Origin: Deltaproteobacteria bacterium | GTDB lineage: Bacteria; Myxococcota; Kuafuiibacteriia; Kuafuiibacteriales; Kuafuiibacteriaceae | DNA length: 64,000 nucleotides | Reading direction: 5' to 3' | Assembly: GCA_040218735.1 (NCBI GenBank) | Contig: JAVJQW010000042.1 | Location: 128,001 to 192,000 of the forward strand | Notes under the pieces: generated by a model | What the model was told of the DNA's origin: nothing | What the model saw: only the letters and a program-made list of their open reading frames with translations | Database searches by the model: none | Made by a program: the position numbers and the translations under genes | Shown: positions 7,992 through 20,396 of the stretch, one piece after another | Position numbering within the stretch: position 1 is the first letter of the stretch | How the letters are laid out: the number at the start of each line of letters is the position of its first letter

Positions 7992-10900
7992 TCAGGTCGA
8001 AGCGCTCGGCTGCTCCGTACCGCTCTGAGCGCGCACCTTCGCGAGCTCCTCCACGAGCACGTCGACGGTGTGTTTCAGCTGTTCCTCGGAGTGGAGCGCG
8101 CTGATGAAGAAGCGCAAGCGGGCGGCGTCGTCTTCGACGGCCGGGTACACGATCGGCTGCACGTTGATGCGCCGTTCCTTGAGCGCCTGGCTCACCTTCA
8201 TGCAGTCCATCGAGTTGCCGATGATCGCGGGGACGACCGCGGCGCCCATCGCGAGGCCCGTGTCGATGCCGCGCGACTTCGCGTAGTCCATGAAGAAACG
8301 CGATCGATCGCGGAGCCGTTCGACGACCTCCGGGTGGCTCTGCATCAGCTCCAACGACTTGAGCGCGGCCGCCGCGTTCGGCGGCGTGATGCCGGCGGAG
8401 TACACGAAGCCCGGCGCGGTGTACTTCAGGTAGCGCACCAGCTTCTCACTCCCGGCGATGTACCCACCGCAGCTCGCGAACGACTTCGACAGCGTGCCCA
8501 TCCACAGGTCGATGTCGCGCGGGTCGACGTCGTCGAAGTGGTGCGCGATGCCGCGGCCGGCGTGGCCGAGGACGCCGATGGAGTGCGCTTCGTCCACGAG
8601 CAGGAGCGTCTTGTAGCGCTTCTTGATCTCGACGATGCGGGGGAGGTTGCAGATGTCCCCATCCATTGAGTAGATCCCCTCCGCGCAGATCAACACGCGG
8701 CGGTAGTTCTTTCGAACCTGCGCGAGCGTGCGGTCGAGCGCGTCGAGGTCACCGTGCTGATACGGCCGGCGCGTCGCGCCCGACAGATAGATCCCCTGGA
8801 GGATGCTGTCGTGGATCAGCGAGTCGTGGACGATGAGGTCGTTGCGATCGAACAGGTGGCCGATCGTCGTGACGTTCGTGGCGTGACCGCTGACGTAGAC
8901 GATCGAGTCGTCGACGCCGACGTGCTCGGCGATCTTCGTCTCGAGGTCGCGGTGCAGCGGGCGTTCACCGGAGGCCACGCGGCTCGCGGACACCGACGTG
9001 CCGTACCGTTCGATCGCCTCCTGCGCGGCGGCGACGACCTCCGGGTGCCCGGAGAAGCCGAGGTAGTTGTAGCTCGAGTAGTTGAGCATCTCGACGCCGT
9101 CGATGACGCTCGTGTCCTTCGCGGTGCCGGCGTGCATCGCGAAGTACGGGTTGTCGAGCCCGATGAGGCGCGCCATCTCGAAGCGCTGCTCGAGGAGCTC
9201 GACCTCCGGGAAGGCGCCGATGTCCCACGCTTCGCGCGCGACGTCATCGACCACCGTGCCGTTGCTCGGCTTGGCCTCCAGCTCCGCGAAGCGTCCGCGG
9301 ATGCCGTCGATCCAGCCGAAGAGCTGGCCCGTCGCCGAGGTGTACACGATGCGCCCGGCGAAGGTGTCGTCGCCGATGGCGTCGAGCTCGACGGTGCAGT
9401 GCACCGGCTGGTCGCCGAACGGGCGCACGAGGACGAAGCGATCGAACCCGGTGGGGAAGCCGGCGCGGCCGTGGTGAGCGAAGAGCCAGAACCCGGCGAG
9501 CTGGAAGCTACCGTCGACCACCAGCGGGTCGAGGGTCCAGCTCGTGCGCTCGGTGCCGAGGATCCAGTCGCCGATCTTCGAGGTGCGTACGACGCCCTTG
9601 ATGCCGAGGTTCGTCATGCGCTCGATCGACTCGATGCCGCGGAGCATCGGGCCGTGGAACGTCTGGTTCTCGTAGAAGGCGTCGAGCGAGGTCTCGGGCG
9701 TTTCGATGGTGCCGGAGAGTGTGATGAGCTGCGGCGGATCCTGGAGGCGCTCCGTCGCGACCTTCGCCCGGTACGCGGTCGAGCCGTCGACGGAGAGCTC
9801 TACCGTGGCCTGCTCGGTCTCGTTCGAGCGGCGGCCGCGCAAGTCGGCTTGCACGGTGTCGTCGCCGAAGACGCCGCGGACCAGGTCGAGGTCGGTCACG
9901 ACCATCGCGCCGGACGTGCTCGCGGCCTCCGAGAACGTCCACGCGACGAGGTCCGCCGCCGAGGCGAGCGGGACGACGGGGCGGCCGTTGAGCTTGTGGT
10001 CGAGGAGGTAGGGGTGCGTCGTCGTCGAGAACGCGACCGCCGAGCGTGCGGCGGTGTCGCGCACCGGGAGGTCGCGGCCCACGAGGAGGAGCCCGGCGGC
10101 GCCTTCGACGAATGCACGCTCGAGACGCTCGACGCCCTCGTCGTCGTCGAGGAACGTCACGCCCTGCGTGGCCATCGCGCGACGGATGGTCTCGGGGATG
10201 CTCGCGACCATCGACGTCGAGCTCCACGGCGGCCACGCCACGGAGAGGACCCGGGTCGCGCCGACGCCGGCAACCGCGATGCGATCGAGGAGCTCGTTCG
10301 CGGCGGCGTAGTCGGACTGCCCGGCGTTGCCGAAGTGGCCGGCCCAGGACGAGAACAGGACGAGGTCGCGGAGCGTCGGGAAGGTCTGCAAGATGGCTTG
10401 CATCCCCTTCACCTTGGCGTTCATCACGCGCTCGACGCTCGCGAGTGACTTCTTGGTCGCGGGCGCGTCGTCGATCACGCCGGCTGCGTGGAACGCGACG
10501 GTGACCGGTCCGAACTTCTCGAGGTGCGGCTTCGTCGCGGTGCGGAGGGCCTCCGTGGAGGCGGCGTCCGCGGAGACGTAGACGGCGTTGTCCCCCAGCT
10601 CGGTGAGGAGCTTGGTGATGCGCTCGTCCTGTTGGCGGCGGCCGACGAGCATCACGGCCTTCGGCTTCTGCGCCGCCACCCATCGTGCGACGACGCTGCC
10701 GATCTCACCCGCGCCGCCGGTGATGACGACGACGTCATCCTTGTCGATGCGGCGCTTCGCGGGCTGTCCGACGGGCGCCGGCACGAGCTCTGCGACGAAC
10801 CGGTCGCCGTCGAAGCCGACGGCGACGGTGCGGTCCGCGCCGAGCAGCTCATCGCTGACCCAGCCGGCGATCTGCGCGGCGGGGAGGCTGTCGTCGACGT

Positions 10901-13900
10901 CGAGCACCCGCACGATCGCGTTGTTGCGCTCGCGGGCGATCGACTTCGTGTACCCGTGCAGCGGGCTCTGCAGGATGTTGCGCGCGAGGCGCGGGCTGCG
11001 CTCGAGGCCGAGGCGACCACCGAGGCCCGTGACGACGCCGATGCGCTTCACGTCGAGCTGCGCGATGAGCGGGTGCAGGACGAGGACGGGGTTGTCGAAG
11101 TCCGACGCGTCCGCGAGGCCGAGCGCGGCCGCGTGCACGAAACCGTCGAGCGTGACACCGACGTTGCGAATCGCTTCCGGCAGGCCGTCGACGAACGACT
11201 GCGGCCAGAGGTTGAGCGCGTTCTTCACGAGGCGCGCGGGGGCGGCGACGCCGTCGCGCGCGAACCGAACCCGCAGCACCGTAGCGCCGCGCTTCATCAG
11301 CTCTGCGCTGATCGCCGCGCTCGCGTCGGTGTCGTCCTCGGTGACGAGCCAGGTCTGACCGGTGACGTCGGCGAGGCCCAGGTCGGGGCGCGGGCGCGCG
11401 ACGGCCTGCACGCGGTAGGAGGTCGCGGGCACCTTCGGCGCTTCGACCTCGGGCTCGGGCGCCACCTCCGGCGCGGACGTCACGACCTTCACGACGTGGT
11501 CCGCGACGTCCGACAGCGTCGTCTTCAGGTTGAACAGCTCGGGCGGGAGGCCGCCGAGGTTGGGGTACGAGCCCTCGAGCGCGCCGCCGAGGTCCGCGAC
11601 CATCAGCGAGTCGAAGCCGAGCTCGTCGACGAGGCGCTGCTCGCCGCGGAGGTTGTCGCGCGGGAACGCGGAGATCTTCGCGACGATGCCGAAGACCTGC
11701 TCGCGGACGTCGTCGTCCGGCGGGGTCTCGACGACCGGAGTGGGCGCGGCCGGCTCGGGCGTGGGGGCCTCCGGCTCCGCGATCGCGGCGGCGACGCGAG
11801 TTTCGATCGGCGCGGGCGCGGCCGCCTTGGGAAGCTCGGGCACCTCGACTTGGCCGCCGAGCAGCAGCGCGTTCTGCTGCGCCATCACCTCGGCGTGTTG
11901 CTGCAGCAGACGGTTCTGCGAGGCGAACAGCTCGACGAGTGACTGAGGCACTTGATCGGGCGTCGTTGTCGCCGCGACGAGCGAGACGCCGCGCGCACCT
12001 TCGCGTTGGATCGGCGTCATCTCCGCGATCGGCTGCGGCTGGTCCTTCACGGGCCAGTACGACTGCCGCTCGATCGGCGTCTCCGGGAGCGAAACGACGC
12101 GGCGGCCTTCGCCCGTGTAGAGCGGTTCGAAGTCGACCGGCGCACCGATCGCCGCGAGCGTCGCGACGCCGCGGAGCAGCTCGTAGCCGCGGTCGTCGTC
12201 ACTCGTGGAGAGCGTGACGAACGTGTGCTCGGCGCCGAGCGTCGCGCGCGCGAAGCTCGTGAGCATCGCGCCTGCGCCGACCTGCACGAACACGGTCGCG
12301 CCCGCGTCGCGCGCCTGTTCGAGGCCGCGCACGAACTCGACCGGCGCGGTGGCGTGCGCGACGAGTACTTCGCGGATCGCGTCGGGGCCGCCGTGGACGT
12401 GGTCGGCGATGCACGAGGCGACCGTGCTCTCGGGGGCCTTCAGCTCGACGTCGTCGAGGAGCTTGGCGACCGCTTCGTCGACGCCGTTCAGGAGCGGGGA
12501 GTGGAACGCGTGGGAGACGGAGAGCGTCTTCACGTCGATGCCGCGCGCCGCAAACTTCTCCGACGCGGCCTTCACGCCCGCGGTGGTCCCTGAGATCGAG
12601 GTCTGGCGCGGGTGGTTCACGTTGGCGACCACGACGCCCTCGACGTCGGCGACGATCTCACGCGCCGTGTCGGCGTCGGTCATCACCGCGGCCATCGCGC
12701 CGGTGTCCTCCAGGTCGAGCGCGCGCATCGCGGCGCCGCGCTGGGCGACGAGCTTCACGGTCGCGGCCGGATCGATCGCGCCGCCGGCGGCGAGCGCGGC
12801 GAACTCGCCGAGGCTGTGGCCGAGCGTGACGTCGGGACGAACGCCCGCGGACTTCAGGAGCGCGTCGACGCCGAGACCGAGCGCGGCCATCGCCGGCTGG
12901 CAGATCTCGGTGGCGCGGAGCGCGTCTTCGGCGGCGTCGTTTGCCTCGGCGGGGTAGACGTAGTCGGCGAGGTCGCCCTCGACGGGCGCGGCCTGCGCGA
13001 GCTCGGCGAACGTGTCCGCGAAGGTCGCGAAGCGCGCACGGAGCGCGCCGAGGAGGCCGACCTTCTGGGCGCCTTGGCCGGGGAACAGGAACGCGATCTT
13101 CTTGGGCTCGTCTTCGGAGAGGCCGGCGTCGAAGAACGCGACGTCCTTGGAGACTTCACCGTTCGCTGCGCGGCGGAGGTTGTCGATCAGCTCGGCGCCG
13201 GAGCGCGCACCGATCACGGCGCGGAAGCGCTCGCGGGTGCGGCGGGCGTTGAGTGTGTACGCGACGTCGGCCAGCGAAGCGTCGCTGCCTTCGAGCCAGT
13301 CGGCGAGCCCTCCGAGGTGTGCGTCGAGGAGCGCGCGCGTCGCGCCGGTGACGAGGACGGCTTCGGGCAGCACTTCGTCGTGGTCGACGGCGAGCGGGAC
13401 GGCGACGGCGGCGCGTCGCACGGCGGCGGGCGCCTCCTCGAGCACGATGTGGGAGTTCGTGCCGCCGAACCCGAAGGAGCTGACGCCGACACGCAGACGG
13501 TCGGGGCGCGCTTCGAGGGCGGAGACACGATCCGAGACCTGCAGCGGGCGTGTCTCGAACGCGAGCTTCGGGTTCGTCGCTTCGAAGTTCGGCTGCGGCG
13601 GAGCGGTGCGGTTCTCCACGACCTTGACCGCCTTGATGAGCCCCGCGATGCCGGCGGCCGACATGGCGTGGCCGATGTTGCCCTTCACGGATCCGATCCA
13701 GGGGGACCGGTCCTGCTCGACGCCGTGTTCGGCGAGGAGCGTCGAGAGCGCTTCGACTTCGACGGGGTCGCCGATCGTGGTCGCGGTGCCGTGCGCCTCG
13801 AAGAAGGAGACGGAGGCCGGAGACACGCCGGCGTCCGCGTAGGCGCGCTTCAGCGCGTCGAGCTGGCCGTCGACCTTCGGAGTCATCGGGCCTTCGCCGC

Positions 13901-14813
13901 GACCGTCGTTGTTCGCGCCGGAGCCGATGATGGTCGCGTGGATGCGGTCGCCGTCCGCGTGCGCGTCTTCGAGGCGCTTGAGGAAGACGAGTCCGACCGC
14001 GTCGCTCTGCACGAACCCGTCGGCGCGCGCCTCGAACGGTCGGCACGCACCGGTCGGGCTGATCGCGCCGATCTTCGTGAACGCGACGAGGTTGTCGGGC
14101 GCGAGGTTGACGTACGCGCCGCCCGCGACGGCGGCGTCGATCTGGCGCGTGCGCAGCTGAGTCACGGCGTCGTGCACGGCGAGGGACGCGGAGGCGCACG
14201 CCGAGTCGAGGGTGTAGGCCGGTCCGCCGAGGTCGTGAACCTGCGCGACGGCGGCCGCGGCGAGGGCGGTGAGGTTGCCGCTGAGCGTGAAGGCGCGGAT
14301 GGGCGCGATGTTCGAGGAGAGGTCGAGGATGGCGTCGATGAGCTCTTGGTTTTCGGCGGCGCCGCCGAACTCACCGCTGATCATGCGCATGGCGCCCATG
14401 CGCGCCTGGATGATGCTCTGGAACTCACTGATGGAGACGCCGACGAACACACCCGTGTTGCGGCGGTTGAACCCCTTCTGCTCGAACCCCGCGTCCTGGA
14501 TCGCAGAGCGGGTCATCTCGATGAGGAGCCGCTGCTGGGGATCCATGACTTCGAGGCGGCGCGGTGCGACGCCGTAGTGCATCGCGGCGAACTCACGGTA
14601 GTCCTCGAGGAACGAACCCGCGTCGACCCACGCCTTGTCGATGTCGCGCTGACTCTTCGAGAAGAACGCCGCGTGGTTCCACCGGTCGGGGGGGACGCGA
14701 GAGAACGTCGTCTCTCCGCGCTTGATGAGTCCCCAGAACGCATCGGCGTCCTTTGCGCGGGGAAAGCGGCAGCCGATGCCGACGATCGCGATGGGTTCTG
14801 AGCTCGAAGTCAT
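7992..14813 (-). CDS. Type I PKS: KS-AT-ACP-KR-DH-oxoamine synthase (AONS/SPT-like PLP domain)
   Basis: KS DSACAS/EAHGTAT/KGNIGH; AT GHSLG and HAFHS; ACP GFDSLM; KR GGAGEIG/AGVIDD/YAAAN; DH HPYLLDHKLNGRPVVP and VDGSFQ; PLP domain SSYNYLG, DEAHS, GTLSKS. Confidence 0.93.
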   Translation of the reverse strand: MTSSSEPIAIVGIGCRFPRAKDADAFWGLIKRGETTFSRVPPDRWNHAAFFSKSQRDIDKAWVDAGSFLEDYREFAAMHYGVAPRRLEVMDPQQRLLIEMTRSAIQDAGFEQKGFNRRNTGVFVGVSISEFQSIIQARMGAMRMISGEFGGAAENQELIDAILDLSSNIAPIRAFTLSGNLTALAAAAVAQVHDLGGPAYTLDSACASASLAVHDAVTQLRTRQIDAAVAGGAYVNLAPDNLVAFTKIGAISPTGACRPFEARADGFVQSDAVGLVFLKRLEDAHADGDRIHATIIGSGANNDGRGEGPMTPKVDGQLDALKRAYADAGVSPASVSFFEAHGTATTIGDPVEVEALSTLLAEHGVEQDRSPWIGSVKGNIGHAMSAAGIAGLIKAVKVVENRTAPPQPNFEATNPKLAFETRPLQVSDRVSALEARPDRLRVGVSSFGFGGTNSHIVLEEAPAAVRRAAVAVPLAVDHDEVLPEAVLVTGATRALLDAHLGGLADWLEGSDASLADVAYTLNARRTRERFRAVIGARSGAELIDNLRRAANGEVSKDVAFFDAGLSEDEPKKIAFLFPGQGAQKVGLLGALRARFATFADTFAELAQAAPVEGDLADYVYPAEANDAAEDALRATEICQPAMAALGLGVDALLKSAGVRPDVTLGHSLGEFAALAAGGAIDPAATVKLVAQRGAAMRALDLEDTGAMAAVMTDADTAREIVADVEGVVVANVNHPRQTSISGTTAGVKAASEKFAARGIDVKTLSVSHAFHSPLLNGVDEAVAKLLDDVELKAPESTVASCIADHVHGGPDAIREVLVAHATAPVEFVRGLEQARDAGATVFVQVGAGAMLTSFARATLGAEHTFVTLSTSDDDRGYELLRGVATLAAIGAPVDFEPLYTGEGRRVVSLPETPIERQSYWPVKDQPQPIAEMTPIQREGARGVSLVAATTTPDQVPQSLVELFASQNRLLQQHAEVMAQQNALLLGGQVEVPELPKAAAPAPIETRVAAAIAEPEAPTPEPAAPTPVVETPPDDDVREQVFGIVAKISAFPRDNLRGEQRLVDELGFDSLMVADLGGALEGSYPNLGGLPPELFNLKTTLSDVADHVVKVVTSAPEVAPEPEVEAPKVPATSYRVQAVARPRPDLGLADVTGQTWLVTEDDTDASAAISAELMKRGATVLRVRFARDGVAAPARLVKNALNLWPQSFVDGLPEAIRNVGVTLDGFVHAAALGLADASDFDNPVLVLHPLIAQLDVKRIGVVTGLGGRLGLERSPRLARNILQSPLHGYTKSIARERNNAIVRVLDVDDSLPAAQIAGWVSDELLGADRTVAVGFDGDRFVAELVPAPVGQPAKRRIDKDDVVVITGGAGEIGSVVARWVAAQKPKAVMLVGRRQQDERITKLLTELGDNAVYVSADAASTEALRTATKPHLEKFGPVTVAFHAAGVIDDAPATKKSLASVERVMNAKVKGMQAILQTFPTLRDLVLFSSWAGHFGNAGQSDYAAANELLDRIAVAGVGATRVLSVAWPPWSSTSMVASIPETIRRAMATQGVTFLDDDEGVERLERAFVEGAAGLLLVGRDLPVRDTAARSAVAFSTTTHPYLLDHKLNGRPVVPLASAADLVAWTFSEAASTSGAMVVTDLDLVRGVFGDDTVQADLRGRRSNETEQATVELSVDGSTAYRAKVATERLQDPPQLITLSGTIETPETSLDAFYENQTFHGPMLRGIESIERMTNLGIKGVVRTSKIGDWILGTERTSWTLDPLVVDGSFQLAGFWLFAHHGRAGFPTGFDRFVLVRPFGDQPVHCTVELDAIGDDTFAGRIVYTSATGQLFGWIDGIRGRFAELEAKPSNGTVVDDVAREAWDIGAFPEVELLEQRFEMARLIGLDNPYFAMHAGTAKDTSVIDGVEMLNYSSYNYLGFSGHPEVVAAAQEAIERYGTSVSASRVASGERPLHRDLETKIAEHVGVDDSIVYVSGHATNVTTIGHLFDRNDLIVHDSLIHDSILQGIYLSGATRRPYQHGDLDALDRTLAQVRKNYRRVLICAEGIYSMDGDICNLPRIVEIKKRYKTLLLVDEAHSIGVLGHAGRGIAHHFDDVDPRDIDLWMGTLSKSFASCGGYIAGSEKLVRYLKYTAPGFVYSAGITPPNAAAALKSLELMQSHPEVVERLRDRSRFFMDYAKSRGIDTGLAMGAAVVPAIIGNSMDCMKVSQALKERRINVQPIVYPAVEDDAARLRFFISALHSEEQLKHTVDVLVEELAKVRAQSGTEQPSAST

Positions 14814-14852
14814 GATGTACGAAGCCTTTCGGCCGAAGGGGGGAGGGGTGAG

Positions 14853-15659
14853 TCAGGCCGCGGGCTTGCGGAGCGCGGCGCTCGCGCGCGTGATGTCTTC
14901 ACGCGTGACGCCGACCTTCTTCAGCGTGGGGAACCACACTTCCTTGAAGAAGACGCCGCGGTCCACGCCGCCCGTCTTGCGCATGACATCGGTCCGCGCG
15001 TCGTAGTCGGGGACGAGGTTGGCGCCGGGCATCCGGAAGTTCTTGAACACGATCGCCATGTCGCGAATCGCGCCCTCGCGGTCCTCGACGATCTCGAGCT
15101 GCGTGACCTTGCGGTAGAAGTCCGCGTGCGCCGCTTCGTCGCGGCCGACGAAGCCGTAGATCGTGGCGAGCACTTCGTCGCCGCGATCGCGCGCGAGCTT
15201 CTCCTGATGTTTGTACATCATGAAGGTCGCGAGCTCCTGGACGGCGCCGTAGAACGTCATCTGACGCGCGGTCTCGAACGGGAGCTTCCACTGCTTGCCG
15301 AGGATCTCTTCCTCGTAGTCGAACATCTGCGACGCGGTGCGCTGGCCGGAGCGCACGAGGTACTCGCGCAGCGCGAGCGCGTGCTTCGACTCCTCGTAGC
15401 CCCAGTTCGCGGAGAACCAAGCCCGACCGAACATGTCGCGGACGACGTTGATCCCCTGCGACACGTAGTCGGGGAGGTACGACTCGACGCCGACGAAGGT
15501 CTCCGCGCAGAGGGCGGCGTCCTCGTCGTTGTTCGACGCGTCGAGGTCATCCCACGGGATGTCGGTGAAGACACTCCAGCGGCGGTTCTTCTCCGCCCGC
15601 TCGAAGAACTCCATGTACTCGCGATAAATCGCCTCGCGAAACGCTCGGTTCTTGGCCAC
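14853..15659 (-). CDS. Soluble acyl-ACP desaturase (ferritin-like diiron)
   Basis: VESYLPDY, WGYEESKH, QELAT, RDEAAH diiron motifs; FRMPG. Confidence 0.85.
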   Translation of the reverse strand: MAKNRAFREAIYREYMEFFERAEKNRRWSVFTDIPWDDLDASNNDEDAALCAETFVGVESYLPDYVSQGINVVRDMFGRAWFSANWGYEESKHALALREYLVRSGQRTASQMFDYEEEILGKQWKLPFETARQMTFYGAVQELATFMMYKHQEKLARDRGDEVLATIYGFVGRDEAAHADFYRKVTQLEIVEDREGAIRDMAIVFKNFRMPGANLVPDYDARTDVMRKTGGVDRGVFFKEVWFPTLKKVGVTREDITRASAALRKPAA

Positions 15660-15675
15660 GGCCTTGGTCCTTCTT

Positions 15676-15915
15676 CTAGCTGAGTCGGCTGACGAGCGTC
15701 GTCAGGTCGCCCATGTTCTTGAGCGTCGCGAGGTCCTCGTCGGGGAAGCGCACGTTGAGCTTCTCTTCCATGACGCCGATGACTTCCATCGTCATCACGG
15801 AGTCGAGGCCGAGCGATGCGAGCTCGGTCTTGGCGGTCATCTCACCGAGCTTCACGTTGCCGTCGACCTCGGCGACCGCCTCCTGGAACAGGGCGATGAT
15901 TTGCTGATCGTTCAT
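15676..15915 (-). CDS. Acyl carrier protein
   Basis: 79 aa, acidic, LGLDSV phosphopantetheinylation motif. Confidence 0.9.
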   Translation of the reverse strand: MNDQQIIALFQEAVAEVDGNVKLGEMTAKTELASLGLDSVMTMEVIGVMEEKLNVRFPDEDLATLKNMGDLTTLVSRLS

Positions 15916-15924
15916 GGTTCGGAC

Positions 15925-17736
<1,812 letters not shown>

Positions 17737-18041
17737 TTCGGTCTCCTTTTCGGGGCCTGCATTCCCGGCGCACGGGTCGGAAATGAATGACGATTCAGTG
17801 CCCAAGGCGCCGCTGATATGCCTCCCACCGATCGGTCCGTCAACGTTCATGTGGAGCGTGTTGGTCCGCACAACCCACCGACTTTTCAGCCGGTTTTTGC
17901 CAAGCCGCCGTTTTGTCCCACCATCCGTGACCTACCGACGCGTCGGAAGCGCCCGTACATTTCGGTACTGAATCCGTGTGCCGTGGATGGTCGATGGGCC
18001 GGTGGCGGCACGCTGCGATCCCAGGTATCTGCGGACCCGCG

Positions 18042-18395
18042 ATGCCCGCCCACCTAGCGCAGGTCTGCCTGTTCAACACGAATGGCGATCCACTGAAGCG
18101 ATTCTGTCAGATCGTCTCCGGCCAAGTGGAGATCGACAACGGCAGTCTGTTGTCGTTCCACATGGGCCACTCCACCGTCGCGCATCATCCGCCGGCTGGT
18201 GATCTCGGTGAGAACGACGTCCTCGTGACGCTCCAGGTCGCGACACCGCAGGAGGTCGACCGCATCTACGCGCAGCTCCTCGCATCGAAGCTGCGCGTCG
18301 ACGATCGTCCGGAAGACACGGAGTGGGGCTGGCGCATCTTCTACTTCCGCCCCGCGCCACACCTCGTCTTCGAAGTAGGAGCCCCGCTCGGATGA
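18042..18395 (+). CDS. VOC/glyoxalase family protein
   Basis: PEDTEWGWRIFYFRP...FEV C-terminal motif; ATGA overlap with the next gene. Confidence 0.7.
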   Translation: MPAHLAQVCLFNTNGDPLKRFCQIVSGQVEIDNGSLLSFHMGHSTVAHHPPAGDLGENDVLVTLQVATPQEVDRIYAQLLASKLRVDDRPEDTEWGWRIFYFRPAPHLVFEVGAPLG

Positions 18396-19453
18396 TCGAC
18401 GATCAGTCACCCCGCGTCCTCGTCATGGGGCTGGGCGGCATCGGCGGCATCGTCGCCGCGCACCTGGTCGAGCAAGGCTGCACCGTCACGCCGGTCAGCA
18501 CGAACCAAGCGATCCGCGACTCGATCGAACGCAGCGGGTTCTGGGTCGGCGGCGACGGCGAGACACGCATCATCCCGGGCACCGCGTTTGCGGAGCCGCC
18601 GATCGACGGCCCCGGCTACGACTACGTCCTCCTCGCCACGCAGCCGCCGCAGGTCGAGGTCGCCGCGCGGACCGCGATGGCTGCCCTCGCCGACAACGGC
18701 GTCATGGTCTGTTTCCAGAACGGCCTGTGCGAGGAGCGCGTCGCGAAGCTCGTCGGGCGCGACCGCGTCATCGGCGGCATCATCGCGTGGGGCGCATCGA
18801 TGGTCGGACCGGGGCGTTACCAACGCACGTCGTCCGGCGGCTTCACGCTCGGCTGCCTCGAAGGCGACGCCGAGGAGCGCTGCGACGAGCTCGGCACGAT
18901 CCTCGAGTGTATCGGTCCCGTGCAGGTCACCGACAACCTCCGCGGCGCGCGGTGGAGCAAGCTCGCGATCAACTGCGCGATCTCTTCGCTCGGTACCGTC
19001 GGCGGCGACCGGCTCGGCAACCTCCTCGCGCACCGCTTCGTCCGCCGCCTCGCGCTGGAGGTCATGACCGAGACCGTCGAGGTCGCGCGCAAGGAAGAGG
19101 TGAAGCTGGAGAAGGTCGCCGGCACGCTGAACCTCGAGAAGCTCGCGTTGACGGACCAGGAGAAGACGTCGAGCGGTTCGGCTTCGCTCGTGAAGAAACA
19201 CGCGCTGCTGCTCGCGGTGGGCGCGCGTTACCGTCGCCTGCGCTCCTCGATGCTCGCCGCGATCGAACGCGGTCGTCGCCCGGCCGTCGACTACCTCAAT
19301 GGCGAGGTCGTCTCGCGCGCGGATCGCCACGGCATCGCGGTCCCGGTGAACGACATCCTCCAGCGCACCGTGCACCGCATCGCCGACGGTGAGCTGCGCC
19401 CCGGCATCGAGCTGCTGCGGCGCATCTACGACGACACGCGGCCCCCCAACTGA
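18392..19453 (+). CDS. Ketopantoate reductase (PanE/ApbA) family oxidoreductase
   Basis: GLGGIGG, FQNGL, WSKLAINC, SSML...VDYLNGEV. Confidence 0.85.
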   Translation: MIDDQSPRVLVMGLGGIGGIVAAHLVEQGCTVTPVSTNQAIRDSIERSGFWVGGDGETRIIPGTAFAEPPIDGPGYDYVLLATQPPQVEVAARTAMAALADNGVMVCFQNGLCEERVAKLVGRDRVIGGIIAWGASMVGPGRYQRTSSGGFTLGCLEGDAEERCDELGTILECIGPVQVTDNLRGARWSKLAINCAISSLGTVGGDRLGNLLAHRFVRRLALEVMTETVEVARKEEVKLEKVAGTLNLEKLALTDQEKTSSGSASLVKKHALLLAVGARYRRLRSSMLAAIERGRRPAVDYLNGEVVSRADRHGIAVPVNDILQRTVHRIADGELRPGIELLRRIYDDTRPPN

Positions 19454-19460
19454 CGCACCA

Positions 19461-20396
19461 GTGACCCTCCGGGTGATGACATACAACGTCCGGTACTTCG
19501 GACACGTGGCGCCGATGCGTGGTGCGGCGTCGCGGCGTGTCGCGATCGACGGCATCACGGACGCGATCGCCAAGCTCGACGTGCTCCCGGACGTCATCTG
19601 TCTGCAGGAGGTCGAGACCCGGTCGCTGCGGTCGACGTGGTCGCACACGCCGAGTCACCTCAACGAGACGCAGATCCAGGCGTTCATGAAGCGGTTCGAC
19701 TGGGCGCTCGAGTACCGCGATCGCACGCACCGCTACCGGCCGCACTACTTCCCGGCGCACACCTATCGCCTGGGCAACGCCCAGATCTACACCACGGGGC
19801 TCGCCGTGTTGGTGCGGGACGACGAACACGTCGTCGCGGCGGTCGGCGGGCACGGCGAGATTACCCACCGTCGCAATGGCCCGTCGGCGAAGTGGAAACA
19901 GTCACGCATCTGCGCGCACGTCCGGGTGGCGACGCACGACGGTTGGGACGTCGACATCTTCAACACCCACCTGTCGCTCCCGGCGTTCTTTTCAAAGGAT
20001 TTCTACCGAATCCCGGGGCGCATGGGCTGGGGCAAGAACCAGTCGCGGGAGATCGACGCGCTGGCGTCGTTCGTCGCCGAGCAGCGCTCGAGTGATCGCT
20101 ACCTGATCGTCGGCGACTTCAACTCGCTCCCCGGGTCCCCGGTGTACCAGCAGATCCAGGAGACGCTCGCGGTGCGCGACCCGTTCCCGGAGGTGCTCGG
20201 CACCTCCGTCGATGCGCTACGCACCGGGTGGCCCACCGCCGGGTTCCTGCGTTACCGGATGCGCCTCGACCACATCTTCGCGGGCCCCGGCCTGAGGTGG
20301 CTCGACTTCGAGGACACCCACCCGTTCGGCGCGGAGGGGCCCTGGGACGGCCTCTCGGATCACGTCCCGATCGTCGGGCGCTTCGCGATCACTTGA
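19461..20396 (+). CDS. Endonuclease/exonuclease/phosphatase (EEP) family protein
   Basis: MTYNV, CLQEV, NTHL, GDFN, RLDHIF, LSDHVP. Confidence 0.88.
   Translation: MTLRVMTYNVRYFGHVAPMRGAASRRVAIDGITDAIAKLDVLPDVICLQEVETRSLRSTWSHTPSHLNETQIQAFMKRFDWALEYRDRTHRYRPHYFPAHTYRLGNAQIYTTGLAVLVRDDEHVVAAVGGHGEITHRRNGPSAKWKQSRICAHVRVATHDGWDVDIFNTHLSLPAFFSKDFYRIPGRMGWGKNQSREIDALASFVAEQRSSDRYLIVGDFNSLPGSPVYQQIQETLAVRDPFPEVLGTSVDALRTGWPTAGFLRYRMRLDHIFAGPGLRWLDFEDTHPFGAEGPWDGLSDHVPIVGRFAIT

Noticed and set aside
7992-9200. PLP domain as biotin-pathway bioF
   Set aside because: It is fused in frame to the PKS and no other bio genes are in the window.
8754-14801. Long plus-strand ORFs opposite the PKS (and similar ones elsewhere, e.g. 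58742-61462)
   Set aside because: Typical stop-poor antisense frames of high-GC genes, with no recognisable motifs.
14825-14840. Imperfect palindrome CCTTTCGGCCGAAGGG between desaturase and PKS as a terminator
   Set aside because: Short, with no U-tract, and inside a probable operon.
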